Shown here: positions 17,805 through 27,983 of the stretch, one piece after another
Layout of the letters: the number at the start of each line of letters is the position of its first letter
Position numbering within the stretch: position 1 is the stretch's first letter
Origin: an uncultured delta proteobacterium
GTDB taxonomy: Bacteria > Desulfobacterota > Binatia > UBA9968
Direction of reading: 5' to 3'
Assembly (NCBI GenBank): GCA_963771465.1
Contig: CAVYTU010000007.1
Span: 64,001-128,000 of the forward strand
DNA length: 64,000 bases
Position numbers and translations under genes: made by a program
The notes under the pieces: model-generated
What the model saw: only the letters and a program-made list of their open reading frames with translations
Database searches by the model: none
Told to the model about the DNA's origin: nothing

Positions 17805-18851
17805 ATGGCGAAAGTGAAAGGTTTTATCGACGCCGACGGACATGTGGTCGAAAGCGATGCCGAGTTGCTGGATTTTCTACCGCGGCCGTACCATGGGCGC
17901 GCTGACCTGCTCGCATTCCCGTTCTTTCCCACCCTGGACGGGTTTCATCGCCAAGCGCGGCGCGTCGCCGATGGCAAAGGCCGTTACATCGCCAAGGGCA
18001 GTTTGAAAGAGTGGCAAGATTTTCTCGATGAAGATCAAATCGCCTGGTCGGTGCTTTATCCCACCGCCGGGCTCACCTTCGGCTTGATCCGCGACAAGGA
18101 TTGGGCTTGTGCGGTTGCTGCCGGATACAACAATTATCTTTACGAGACCTTTACTAAACCGGAAAAACGTTTGAAGGGCATGGCGCTGATCCCGCTCCAA
18201 TCGATTCCTGACGCGGTGAAAGAATTGAAGCGCGCCGTGAAAGAACTCGGCTTCGTCGGCGCGATTTTGCCGGCGGTCGGATTGCGCCAGCCCTTCGGCG
18301 ATCGGAAATATTTCCCGGTTTACGAAGTAGCTGAGAAACTCGGTGCTTTGCTCGCCGTTCACGCCGCCCCGACACAGGGGATCGGCGTGGACAACTTTGA
18401 CCGCTTGATCGAGGTGCGCACGCTCAGCCACGGTTTTGGTCAGATGATTCAGATGACCAGTATGATTTATAACGGCGTGGTGGACAGGTTCCCGAAATTG
18501 AATATCGCCTACGCCGAGGCGGGCTGCGGCTGGGTGCCGTATTTACTCGAACGCATGGACATGGAGTACGAGCACCGCAACACGCAAGTGCCGGAGTGCA
18601 AAAAGTTGCCCTCGGAGCATTTGAAAAGCGGACACATCTTCATTCATTGTGAGCTCGAAGATCGCGCCATCCCGCAGGTGGCCGAGCAGCTACGCGACGA
18701 TATCCTTTTCTGTGCCACCGATTTCCCGCACGAGCCGCGCACCGAGTTTCGCGAGAATATTGAAAAATTCTTGGCGCGGAAAGATGTCCGCGAGGAGACC
18801 AAGCATCACTTGCTGTTCGAGAACCCCAAGCGCATGTATCCGCTGGCGTAG
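17805..18851 (+). CDS. Amidohydrolase_2 family protein (ACMSD/LigY-like TIM barrel)
   Basis: DADGH metal motif, VLYPT, EAGCGWVPY and ATDFPH. Confidence 0.85.
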   Translation: MAKVKGFIDADGHVVESDAELLDFLPRPYHGRADLLAFPFFPTLDGFHRQARRVADGKGRYIAKGSLKEWQDFLDEDQIAWSVLYPTAGLTFGLIRDKDWACAVAAGYNNYLYETFTKPEKRLKGMALIPLQSIPDAVKELKRAVKELGFVGAILPAVGLRQPFGDRKYFPVYEVAEKLGALLAVHAAPTQGIGVDNFDRLIEVRTLSHGFGQMIQMTSMIYNGVVDRFPKLNIAYAEAGCGWVPYLLERMDMEYEHRNTQVPECKKLPSEHLKSGHIFIHCELEDRAIPQVAEQLRDDILFCATDFPHEPRTEFRENIEKFLARKDVREETKHHLLFENPKRMYPLA

Positions 18852-19009
18852 CCGGAAGCTGCGATGGGAGAACTTGCTCGACTGTGCCGAGCTCGCCAAG
18901 AATTATGAGAGGAGTGAGAGAATATCCGTTAGTAGGTCGATAAAAAATGCTTCTGAGTCCTTTGACGATTCCAGAGCTCGTCCTGAGCTAGCCGAATGAA
19001 CGAACGCAA

Positions 19010-20479
19010 TTATGATTTTGAATTGCGGATCAGTCGCGCGTAGAAGTTTACACAGCGCTCGTAGTCCTGAATAGAAATTCGTTCATCGATGCCGTGATAT
19101 CGCTTGGTGTCTTCGATATTGAGCGTTATCGGCAAGAAGCGAAAAATATTTCTTGTGAGTGCCGCATAGTGTCGCGAGTCAGTGGCGCCGACCAGCAATG
19201 CTGGTGCGACAATCGCTGTGGGTGCGGTCTCGCGAATCGTGCGCTGGAGTAGCTTGAAAGTCGGACTCTCGATATCGGACACGCCCGACGGCTCCGTGGG
19301 GATCGGCAACGCGGTGAGCTTGATGCGCGGTTCGTCGATCACTTCTCGCACGTGTTCCATCGCGCCGGCGGTCGTCTCGCCTGGCATGACACGTAGATTG
19401 ACCACCGCGCGGGCCTGGGCCGGTAAGATGTTTTCTTTGACGCCGGCGTTGAAAATCGTCGGCGCCAAGGTGGTTCGTAGGACGGCGTTGGTGAGCGGTG
19501 ACGCGGTTAATTGCTTTTTCACCAGGGGCTCGAACAACCAGAGATTGGCGAGCGTCGATTTTTTGCTCCACGCCATTTCGGCGCCGAGAAATTCGAACAT
19601 TGCGCGCGTCGGTCCGCGCAGCTCGGCTGGAAACGGCGCCGCGTCGAGGCGTTGGAGCGCACGGCTCAGCGTGCCGATGGCGGTATCAGCCGGCGGGATC
19701 GAGCTATGGCCGCCGGTGCTCGCCACTGTGAGCTCAAGGCTTAAGTAACCTTTCTCGGCAACGCCGATGAGCGCCACCGGCGCCGCAATGCCCGCAATGA
19801 TGCCGCTCAAGATATTCATTCCTTCGTCTAGGGCAAACTCCATTTCTATTTTTCGCGCGCGTAGTAGCTCGGCGATTTTTGCCGCGCCATGGTTGCCGCC
19901 GAGCTCTTCGTCGTGGCCGAACGCCAAGTAAACCGTTCGCTCTGGCGCGAATCCTTCGCGCAGTAAATGTTCCACCGCCTCAAGCATCCCCAGCACGCTC
20001 GCCTTGTCATCCATCGCGCCACGGCCCCAGACGTAACCATCAGCGATGGTTCCCGCGAACGGCGCCTGGGTCCATGATTTTTCAGTTTCGGAATCTACGG
20101 GGACGACGTCCAGGTGAGCGAGCAAGAGAATCGGTTTTAGTCCCTCGGTTTTTCCTTTCCAAGTGTAGAGCAAGCTGTGCTCGTTGACGGCTTCTTTGCC
20201 GAGGTAGCGATGCACGAGGGGGAACGATTTTTCCAAGAAAGCGTGAAAATTGCGAAATTCCTGGGCGTTGAATTCGGCGGCGGTTTGATAGGAAACGGTC
20301 TTGAAGCGAATCGCTTCGCCGAGCCGGCTCACGATGGTATCGCGCTCAACATTGATGGGCACGATGGGAGCCGCGTGTATTTGCCGGGAGGTGAACGTCG
20401 CCGTGCGCACGACAATGATGGCGCCGAGAAGTCCAACGACGCCGACAAACGCAAGAATGAATTTTTTCATCGGAATCAC
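19010..20479 (-). CDS. M20 metallopeptidase (carboxypeptidase S / PM20D1-like), membrane-anchored or exported
   Basis: N-terminal TM segment; AHLDVV, GRGAMDDK, HDEE, DEG, GGHSS, GATDSR and YHGIDER. Confidence 0.88.
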   Translation of the reverse strand: MIPMKKFILAFVGVVGLLGAIIVVRTATFTSRQIHAAPIVPINVERDTIVSRLGEAIRFKTVSYQTAAEFNAQEFRNFHAFLEKSFPLVHRYLGKEAVNEHSLLYTWKGKTEGLKPILLLAHLDVVPVDSETEKSWTQAPFAGTIADGYVWGRGAMDDKASVLGMLEAVEHLLREGFAPERTVYLAFGHDEELGGNHGAAKIAELLRARKIEMEFALDEGMNILSGIIAGIAAPVALIGVAEKGYLSLELTVASTGGHSSIPPADTAIGTLSRALQRLDAAPFPAELRGPTRAMFEFLGAEMAWSKKSTLANLWLFEPLVKKQLTASPLTNAVLRTTLAPTIFNAGVKENILPAQARAVVNLRVMPGETTAGAMEHVREVIDEPRIKLTALPIPTEPSGVSDIESPTFKLLQRTIRETAPTAIVAPALLVGATDSRHYAALTRNIFRFLPITLNIEDTKRYHGIDERISIQDYERCVNFYARLIRNSKS

Positions 20480-20532
20480 TGACTGGTAGCAAGTTCACTG
20501 TGTGACCGCAAACCGCTGATTTGTGGGAAGGT

Positions 20533-20559
20533 TTGACAAGCAAGGGCTTGTCCTATAAT
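20533..20559 (+). promoter_or_regulatory. Candidate sigma70 promoter for the bicupin gene
   Basis: TTGACA-N15-TATAAT: perfect hexamers but a short spacer. RBS GGAGG precedes the ATG at 20602. Confidence 0.5.
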
Positions 20560-20601
20560 TTTTTAGGACGATTTAACGATAGAAAATTGGAGGAATAAGC
20601 G

Positions 20602-21537
20602 ATGAGTGATTTCTATACGGATTGGCTGGAACAGTCTAAGGCCAATGAGAAGGCAGTGGCTGAATCGCCACGATTTACGCGGTCCAAGGATCTCAAATGG
20701 GTGCGCACACCGCAGGATTTCACGGCGGCGTTGATGATTGCGCCCGAGTTGGGTTTTACCACTGGAGGTAGCTGTATGATGCGGGCGGAGATCCCGGTGG
20801 GCTGGCATTCCGGCCAACATCTCCACGGTGAAGAGGCGATCTATATCGAGAGCGGCGAAGGCTTCATGATTCTCGACGACAAACGTTACGATTTCGGTCC
20901 TGGCACCGTAATTCACGTGCCCTATCGGTCAACCCATCAGCTCTTCAACACCGGCAAGGTTCCGGTTGGCTACATCTCCGGCCTGGCCTGGCATCTCGAA
21001 GCCGCGGTTTACATGGGCAAAATGGAACAGTTGGAAAAGTGCGGCGAGAACGATGCCAAGGCGATGGCAGCTTTTCCAAAGGAAGAATCTCAGAATTGGC
21101 CCGAAGATGGCCGGCGTATCGCCATGCATCAGAGTCAGCATGTGAAGTCGGATGAGTCAAAACACGGCGCGACCTATTTCTTGATGGGCCGTAGCGGCAA
21201 AGACAATGGTTTTAAGGCGACCGGCGTGGCGATCAGCTCGATCTTCGTCGATCTGCCGCACACCAAGAGCCACAGCCACGCGCATCCCGAAGCCTATCTC
21301 TACGCGCTCGAAGGCGACGGTTATTCCGAGATCGGCGGCAAACGTTATGACTGGAATCAAGGCGATGCTATCCATGTGCCGCCGGGCATGCTGCACCACC
21401 AGCACTTCAATCCCTACGATCGCGATATGAAGGAGCTGCGCTTCGAGTTCGGCGTGCGCTATTGGTTCGTCGATCAGTACAAAGGCTACGTCACCATCGA
21501 CAAGCACCTGAAGGCGACGACGCACATGATCGACTAA
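20602..21537 (+). CDS. Bicupin protein (two metal-binding cupin domains)
   Basis: HLHGEEAIY...STHQLFN and HAHPEAYLY...HHQHFN motifs. Confidence 0.8.
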   Translation: MSDFYTDWLEQSKANEKAVAESPRFTRSKDLKWVRTPQDFTAALMIAPELGFTTGGSCMMRAEIPVGWHSGQHLHGEEAIYIESGEGFMILDDKRYDFGPGTVIHVPYRSTHQLFNTGKVPVGYISGLAWHLEAAVYMGKMEQLEKCGENDAKAMAAFPKEESQNWPEDGRRIAMHQSQHVKSDESKHGATYFLMGRSGKDNGFKATGVAISSIFVDLPHTKSHSHAHPEAYLYALEGDGYSEIGGKRYDWNQGDAIHVPPGMLHHQHFNPYDRDMKELRFEFGVRYWFVDQYKGYVTIDKHLKATTHMID

Positions 21538-21556
21538 TAGCTTCGCTCATTCGGCT

Positions 21557-21596
21557 AAAAAAGGCGAGCTAACAATTGCGTTAGCTCGCCTTTTTT
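21557..21596. terminator. Bidirectional rho-independent terminator
   Basis: AAAAAA-GGCGAGCTAAC-aattgc-GTTAGCTCGCC-TTTTTT: perfect 11-bp stem between convergent genes. Confidence 0.92.
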
Positions 21597-21626
21597 GTTG
21601 GAGCGGATCTTGGGACGGAAGATCGC

Positions 21627-23399
21627 TCAGCCGTGATTGCGTCGGTCGCAGACGGAGTCGATGAGCGCGGGTTTGCCTTGCTTGACTTGCTCGATGGCGC
21701 GCTTAAGAGCGCCTTTCATATCGTCGCCATTTTCGATTGGGCCTTCGGCATACCAGCCCATCGATCGCGCCAAACCAGCGAAGTCGGGGTCAGGGCCGTA
21801 AAGGTCCATGCCGATGTGCGCGCGAGTCGGATCTGTCCCGCGGGTTCTGGCCAATACCAATTGGTGGTTCCAATCGTTATAGTAAGCGCGGTTGTTGAAC
21901 ATGACGATGAGCATGGGGATTTTATATTTGGCGGCGATCCACAATGCTCCGGCGTCGAACATCAAGTCGCCATCCGGTTGTAGATCGACCACGAGCCGTC
22001 CGGTTCCCTTGTTCGCCAGTGCGGCACCCAACGACAAACCGATCTGCGTGCCGGTGCCGAGTTCGCGTCCGGCGTGAGAATAAGGCCGATCGAAATTCCA
22101 CAGCTTCTTACCCCAACCGCCTATGTCTCCCGTGGTGAGCACCCAGTCTTCGCCTTTGATTGCGTCCCACACTTCAAGGGCAAGACGCGGCATGGTCATC
22201 GGCTTGGAATCCCAATTCTCCTGGGCTTGCTTGGCCCACTTGGCGCGGTTTTCGGTGTGGCGCTTGCCGATCGCTTCGGCGCGCTTGGCGATTTTTTCCG
22301 CCAGCCCCGGCGTCTTGGCGATGCGTTCTTTTAAAAGTTTGGTCAGTTGCGGCGTCGCCGTGACCGGGTCGGCGGTCATGCGTTGCTGGGCATAGTAAGG
22401 ACGCGCGTAGTCCATCGACCATTTGCTGATTTCAATGTCGGTAAAGCCGATGTCGATCCAGGTTGCGTTCGCCTGAACTTTGCTGACGACCGTGCGCGTG
22501 GCGATGTCACGCACGTGAGTCGGCTTCTCGAAATCGGCGATGTCGAGGGTCAAGACAACATCGACGCCGTCGTAGCAGCCGTCAAAGTCCGACGTAAGAT
22601 TGAGCGGATGATCGTTGGGGAAATTAAGCCGCGAGCCGACGTCCCACACCGACGCGCCCAACGTTTCGGCGATCTCCACAACATGATTCCACCCATGGGG
22701 CGGACGGGCGGCGAAGTCGGCGATGATCGCGACACGATTCGCGGCGGCGAGAGTGTCGGCGGCTTTCGCCAGCGCAATCGGGTCCGGTGATGGCGCCGTA
22801 GGTACTATGGCGCTGCCAGCGGGCGGCATCTCGACATCGTGATCGAGCTGGGCTTCTTGGAGGCCGGCGTCGTAGCACATGTAGATTGGCCCCTGGCGCG
22901 CGCTCATCATGACCGAGTAGGCGCGCGCGAAGGCACCAGGTACGCCGTCGACTGTCGACGGCTGATAATCCCATTTGACGAAATTGCGGATCGCTTCGCC
23001 TTGCACGTTGGCGGTGTGAATCCAATCGATGAAGGGCCGACGCTTCGGTTCCGCGAGCGGCCCAGTGGCGCCCATGATAAAAACCGGCGCGCGATCGAGA
23101 TAGGAATAATAGACGCCCATGGGCGCGTGCAGCAAGCCGACTAGGTTGTGCACGATGGCGATCATCGGTTTGCCTTTAACCCGAGCGTAGCCGTGGGCGA
23201 TCTGCACGGCGATCTTTTCGTGCTGGCAGAGAATCATCGGCGGGTTGTTCTCGCCGTAATTGACCAGCGAGTCGTGCAAGCCTCGGTAGCTCGCGCCGGG
23301 ATTGAGCGCGATGTACTCGAACTCATACTTTTTGATCATGTCGACGATGACGTCGGACTGCCAACGCTTGTCGGATTTTTTGACTGTCGTATCTGCCAT
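21627..23399 (-). CDS. Thiamine pyrophosphate-dependent enzyme (acetolactate synthase/decarboxylase superfamily), paralogue B
   Basis: NPGASYRGLHDS, catalytic HE (CQHEKIAV) and TPP motif PDGD...NNRAY. Confidence 0.85.
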   Translation of the reverse strand: MADTTVKKSDKRWQSDVIVDMIKKYEFEYIALNPGASYRGLHDSLVNYGENNPPMILCQHEKIAVQIAHGYARVKGKPMIAIVHNLVGLLHAPMGVYYSYLDRAPVFIMGATGPLAEPKRRPFIDWIHTANVQGEAIRNFVKWDYQPSTVDGVPGAFARAYSVMMSARQGPIYMCYDAGLQEAQLDHDVEMPPAGSAIVPTAPSPDPIALAKAADTLAAANRVAIIADFAARPPHGWNHVVEIAETLGASVWDVGSRLNFPNDHPLNLTSDFDGCYDGVDVVLTLDIADFEKPTHVRDIATRTVVSKVQANATWIDIGFTDIEISKWSMDYARPYYAQQRMTADPVTATPQLTKLLKERIAKTPGLAEKIAKRAEAIGKRHTENRAKWAKQAQENWDSKPMTMPRLALEVWDAIKGEDWVLTTGDIGGWGKKLWNFDRPYSHAGRELGTGTQIGLSLGAALANKGTGRLVVDLQPDGDLMFDAGALWIAAKYKIPMLIVMFNNRAYYNDWNHQLVLARTRGTDPTRAHIGMDLYGPDPDFAGLARSMGWYAEGPIENGDDMKGALKRAIEQVKQGKPALIDSVCDRRNHG

Positions 23400-23437
23400 T
23401 CAGATGCCCTCCTTATGTTAGGTCGATAAATTTACAA

Positions 23438-23520
23438 TTCACCACGAAGGTCGCGTAGGGTACGAAGGGTTCGAATAATTAGTTTCTTCACCTTTGTGCC
23501 CTTTGTTATTTCGTCGTGAA
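23438..23520. repeat. REP-like intergenic inverted repeat (CACCACGAAG...TTCGT.GTG type)
   Basis: Outer arms TTCACCACGAA / TTCGTCGTGAA with internal GGGTACGAAGG / CCTTTGTGCCC. Confidence 0.55.
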
Positions 23521-23538
23521 AGCGAAGCTGTGTACGAT

Positions 23539-25308
23539 CTAGGCATTCTCGCCGCGGCGCCAGACTATCACGTCGACGAGCGATGGCTTGCCGGCTTTAA
23601 CCTGCGCGATGGCGCGTTTCAGCGCTGGCGCGATTTCGGCTGGATCTTCGATGGCGCCTTCGGCGTACCAACCCATGCCTTTGGCGATGTGGGCGAAGTC
23701 CGGCGGCGGCGCTTCCAAGTCCATGCCGATGTAAGCGCGCGCGGGGTCGGTGCCGCGCTGGTGCGCCATGTGAATTTGATGCGCCCAGTCGTTGTAGTAG
23801 GCGCGGTTGTTGTACATGACGATCAGCATCGGGATGTCGTACTTGATCGGCGTCCAGAGCGCGCCTAAGTCGAACATCAAATCGCCGTCGGGTTGGAGAT
23901 CGATGACGAGCTTACTGGTTCCCTTATACGCCAGCGCCGCGCCGATCGACGTGCCGATCTGGGTGCCGGTGCCGAGCTCGCGACCAAGGTGGCGGTAAGG
24001 TTTGTCGAAGTCCCATACTTTGTGCACCCATTCCTTGAGCGTGTTGGCGGTGAGCACCCAGTCTTCATCTTTGATCACCTGCCATATTTCATACGCTAGG
24101 CGCGACTCGGTCATGGGCCGCTCGTTCGCTTCCTTTTTAACTTGCTCCTGCCACTTCTCCCACTGGCGGTTATGCCTTTCGCCGATCGCTTTCTTGCGTT
24201 CGTCGATGCGCGTCACCAGCGCTTTATCGCCAGCGATGCGCTTGCGGATCGCGGCGGTCAACGCGGGAATCGTCAGTGCGCTGTCGCCGAGCACGCGGTG
24301 ATCCCAGTTGTGATGTTTGTTATAGTCGGTGGCCCATTTGCTGATCTCGATGTCGGCCAATCCAACATCGATCCATTTGCAGTCTGGCGTAGTCACCACG
24401 GTGATCTCGCGCGTCTGAGTATTTAACTTGTGCGAGCCGCGGGTCCAGTCGACGACGTCCAATGCAGCCACCAGATCCACGCCGTTGAAAGCATCGCCAT
24501 GGAAGCTCACGCTCAATGGGTGTTTGTTGGGAAAGCCAAGCCGCTTGTTGATATCGTACACTGAAGCGCCGATGGTTTCGGCCAACTCGACGGTCGGCGC
24601 ATAGCCGATGGGCATGCGCGCGGCGTATTCGGTCAAGAGCAGCGGATTCTTGGCGGCGACCAGCATGTCGGCGGCTTGCTCGATTGCGGTGCTTTCGGGT
24701 GCAACCCGCGACGGCACTTTGACGTTGTAGTGCGGCACCGTGACGTTTTCCGTTAGCTTCGCTTCCTGCATCGCCGAGTCGTAGACCATGTAGACCGGCC
24801 CTTGCGGTTCGCTCATCATGATCGAGTAGGCGCGCGCGAAGGAATCGGGCACGCCGTGAATGCTGCCGGGCTGGTAATCCCATTTGGTAAACTGGCGCAC
24901 CGCGTCGCCTTGGGCGAAGGCGGTGTGAATCCAGTCGATGAACGGACGGCGGTATTTCTCGTCCATCGGCCCGGTGGCGCCGATGAGAAATACCGGGCTG
25001 CGGTCGATGTAGGCGTAGTAGATGCCCATGGGCGCGTGCAAGAGGCCGACGACGTTGTGCACGATGGCGATCATCGGTTTGCCGCTCGCCTTGGCGTAGC
25101 CGTGAGCGATCTGCACGGCGATCTTTTCGTGATTACACAGCAGCATCGGCGGCTGGTTCTCGCCGTAGTTGACCAACGAGTCGTGCAATCCGCGATAGCT
25201 CGCGCCCGGATTGAGCGCGATGTATGGGAAGCCGTATTGCTTGATCAGATCGACGATGATGTCGGATTGCCAACGTTGGGTGGATTTTTTGATTTCGCTT
25301 TCGCTCAT
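23539..25308 (-). CDS. Thiamine pyrophosphate-dependent enzyme, paralogue A
   Basis: Same motifs as paralogue B (NPGASYRGLHDS, CNHEKIAV, QPDGDLMFD, NNRAYYND) and collinear with it over the full length. Confidence 0.85.
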   Translation of the reverse strand: MSESEIKKSTQRWQSDIIVDLIKQYGFPYIALNPGASYRGLHDSLVNYGENQPPMLLCNHEKIAVQIAHGYAKASGKPMIAIVHNVVGLLHAPMGIYYAYIDRSPVFLIGATGPMDEKYRRPFIDWIHTAFAQGDAVRQFTKWDYQPGSIHGVPDSFARAYSIMMSEPQGPVYMVYDSAMQEAKLTENVTVPHYNVKVPSRVAPESTAIEQAADMLVAAKNPLLLTEYAARMPIGYAPTVELAETIGASVYDINKRLGFPNKHPLSVSFHGDAFNGVDLVAALDVVDWTRGSHKLNTQTREITVVTTPDCKWIDVGLADIEISKWATDYNKHHNWDHRVLGDSALTIPALTAAIRKRIAGDKALVTRIDERKKAIGERHNRQWEKWQEQVKKEANERPMTESRLAYEIWQVIKDEDWVLTANTLKEWVHKVWDFDKPYRHLGRELGTGTQIGTSIGAALAYKGTSKLVIDLQPDGDLMFDLGALWTPIKYDIPMLIVMYNNRAYYNDWAHQIHMAHQRGTDPARAYIGMDLEAPPPDFAHIAKGMGWYAEGAIEDPAEIAPALKRAIAQVKAGKPSLVDVIVWRRGENA

Positions 25309-25630
25309 GCTGATTTGCTCCCTCGTGCCAACATTAAGAGCGGCAACGCCGCTCCGCCATTCCTTATGTCAGAAAACCCGCCGCGAGTCATCATGGGCGG
25401 ACATCTTTTGTTATCTGGGAAATAGCGAGGTCGTCAAGGGGTTTGATTGCGCCGTGGCTTGATTGTGCCGCCAGCGCGCCGCCCTGTCCGATCCAGTTCG
25501 ATCGTCAAGCTAACGATGAAGCGAGTGCGAGTAATTGATTTTTTTCAATGGCTGTGGATTACTGACGCCAACCTCATGTGCGTTCTGCTTACGACGACGA
25601 CCTGCGATAATTGATTTTGTCTGCGCGTCA

Positions 25631-27226
25631 ATGCAAGGCTCTTCAAGCAAATCCCCAATGGGCGTGCCGCAGCAGTTAATTTCTCGCGGCGTTTGTGCCG
25701 CAGCGTTGGCTTTAACGCTGATCGGCGCCGGTATACTCACCGTTGCCACTCACTCGGGGATTGGCATTTACACCGATTCGATCGTCTATATCGGCGCGGC
25801 GCGAAGTTTCCTCGCCGGCGATGGTTTTCAGTATCTGACCGATATCGGCCAGTTCTCTCCAATCACTCAATATCCACCCGGTTATCCGTGGCTCATCGCA
25901 GCGTTTGCGTGGATGGGGTTAGACCCGCTCGATAGTGCGCGCTGGATCAGCATCTTTTTCTGCGCCGGCAATTCACTGCTCATCGCGTATATCGTACTTT
26001 GCGCAACGGCATCTTTTGGCGCAATGCTTCTGGCAGTGTTTCTTTCTTTCGCCGCCTTCCCGATGGTCTATATCAATTCGCAGGCGCTATCCGAACCGCC
26101 ATTTATTTTTTTGATACTATTGGGCTACTGTTTCTTAGCGCGCTATTTGCGAGAATCTCACGCCGCATCGATTTACTGGTTTGCTCTGGCTATCGGGTTG
26201 AGTTGTCTGGTGCGCTATGTCGGCATCGCCTTCGGCATGACCGGTGCCGCGGTGATTCTATTTCACGGCCGAGATGATTGGCGCAAGCGATTTGTCGATG
26301 CCACAACCTTCTCCATATTGTCGGCGATTCCCATTGTTGTTTGGGTTGTCAGGAACTACTTGTTGGCGGGCAACGCGGTCAATCGGACCTTCGGTTTTCA
26401 TCTGCCGACGCTGGCGGATTTATTGCCTTCGATGGACACCGTCGCTTACTGGCTATTGCCGACGAGCATTGTTGACAATGCGCCGTGGCCTTCGCGCTTG
26501 TTTATCGTGCTCGTGTTGATGCTTTTCTGCGGCCTGGCGAGAAAGGTGGATTTGTCTCGGTCGTGGTATCCGCGCTTGATGATTTATTGCGTGGTCGGCT
26601 ACGGCTCGTTCTTGTTTGTTTCCTTTTCATTTAACGATCAGCCGCTCTTTTTCGATACTCGCACTCTGGCGCTGCCCTATGTCGCGGCGATGATTGTCGC
26701 GCTGACAATCATGACGGAGTGGTTAAGAATAAATCGCTCGATGGGAAAATCCTGGCGCTGGTTTGGCTTCGATTGTGTGATCATCGTAGTGCTCGTGCTC
26801 CAGCTGATCAACGGGGTCGTGTGGCTGCGCCATAGTTACTTGGGCGGGATCGGCTTCGCTTCCGAAACATGGCGCCATTCCGAACTTATCCATTTCGCCA
26901 AGAATGCGCCGCAGTCCACCCCGATCGTCAGCAACGCTCCCGATTTCATTTATACCCTGACCGGTAGACGCACCGCCATGATTCCTTACAAAGCTGATCC
27001 GGACACCCGTCAACCCAATCAGCAATTCACCAAGGCAATAGCAGTCATGCACGAGCAGTTGAAGCAGCCCAACGCAGTGTTTGTCTACTTCAACGATGAA
27101 GATCGACTATGGTATTTGCCGTCGATCAAAGAGCTGGAAAGCGCTATTCCGCTGTACGCTGTTAAGACCGCGAAGGATGGAACGATCTACGGTCTAAAGA
27201 GTTCCGAGACGGCATCCGCGCGCTAG
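25631..27226 (+). CDS. Polytopic membrane protein, GT-C (ArnT/PMT-like) glycosyltransferase family
   Basis: DSIVY after the first TM, YPPGYP, SEPPF and RYVGI motifs, many TM helices and a C-terminal periplasmic domain. Start uncertain (25535, 25631 or 25658). Confidence 0.7.
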   Translation: MQGSSSKSPMGVPQQLISRGVCAAALALTLIGAGILTVATHSGIGIYTDSIVYIGAARSFLAGDGFQYLTDIGQFSPITQYPPGYPWLIAAFAWMGLDPLDSARWISIFFCAGNSLLIAYIVLCATASFGAMLLAVFLSFAAFPMVYINSQALSEPPFIFLILLGYCFLARYLRESHAASIYWFALAIGLSCLVRYVGIAFGMTGAAVILFHGRDDWRKRFVDATTFSILSAIPIVVWVVRNYLLAGNAVNRTFGFHLPTLADLLPSMDTVAYWLLPTSIVDNAPWPSRLFIVLVLMLFCGLARKVDLSRSWYPRLMIYCVVGYGSFLFVSFSFNDQPLFFDTRTLALPYVAAMIVALTIMTEWLRINRSMGKSWRWFGFDCVIIVVLVLQLINGVVWLRHSYLGGIGFASETWRHSELIHFAKNAPQSTPIVSNAPDFIYTLTGRRTAMIPYKADPDTRQPNQQFTKAIAVMHEQLKQPNAVFVYFNDEDRLWYLPSIKELESAIPLYAVKTAKDGTIYGLKSSETASAR

Positions 27227-27449
27227 AATTGAAGGCTATTGCCGGGACGATCTTTTTTCACCAGTCTGCCAAGCGATCGGTGGCAACATTGTAAGTTTCT
27301 TAGGGAATCTGTGATGTTAGACGTTTCAGCCATAATTGGGGAATTCCACTGAGCGAAAATCCGATGGAAAATGAATTATTTAAATCCAGTAAACCTTTGG
27401 CCGGCGCGCAAGTCTAATTTTGTAGAGGCTATTAAACCAAGGAGGTATC

Positions 27450-27755
27450 ATGAAACTCTCAAAAAACGCGCTGTTAGGTGCACTCGTCATTGGCGGATTG
27501 TTTGCCGTAACGGCGCCGGCATCTGCGGATTACAGACATGGTCGTTACTATAACAATCGGACAGAAATTCGAAATGACCGGCGCGAGTTATTCAACGATC
27601 GTCGTGAGTTGCGTCGTGACTTGCGCAATGGCGCAAGCCGCGCCGAAATCGCGCAGGATCGTCGCGAAATCCGCGATGATCTGCGAGAACTACGACAAGA
27701 TAATCGGGGTTGGCGCTATGACCGCTGGGGCCATCGTACATGGTGGGGCTGGTAA
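27450..27755 (+). CDS. Small secreted protein with D-R-R-E-(L/I) heptad repeats
   Basis: Strong RBS AAGGAGG, Sec signal ending ASA, repeats DRRELFN-DRRELRR and DRREIRD-DLRELRQ, Trp-rich tail. Confidence 0.75.
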   Translation: MKLSKNALLGALVIGGLFAVTAPASADYRHGRYYNNRTEIRNDRRELFNDRRELRRDLRNGASRAEIAQDRREIRDDLRELRQDNRGWRYDRWGHRTWWGW

Positions 27756-27822
27756 ATGCTGATAATGTCGAGACGATTTACCATCAAGCGACACTTTCTC
27801 AGCTAAGTTCAAGGTGATCGAA

Positions 27823-27854
27823 TCGGGGGTGCCGGCACTGTCTGGCACCCCCGA
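27823..27854 (+). terminator. GC-rich hairpin, probable terminator
   Basis: TCGGGGGTGCC...GGCACCCCCGA 11-bp stem between convergent genes; the U-tract is weak. Confidence 0.6.
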
Positions 27855-27983
27855 CTGATTCTGTTCATTTCCCTTTCATTCAACGATGCGCCGCATTATT
27901 TCGATCCTCGCACCAGAGCGTTGCCTTACGCTGCGGCAATGACCGATTACGGATCAGCGAAAGTTTCCTCACCGCCATACTCA

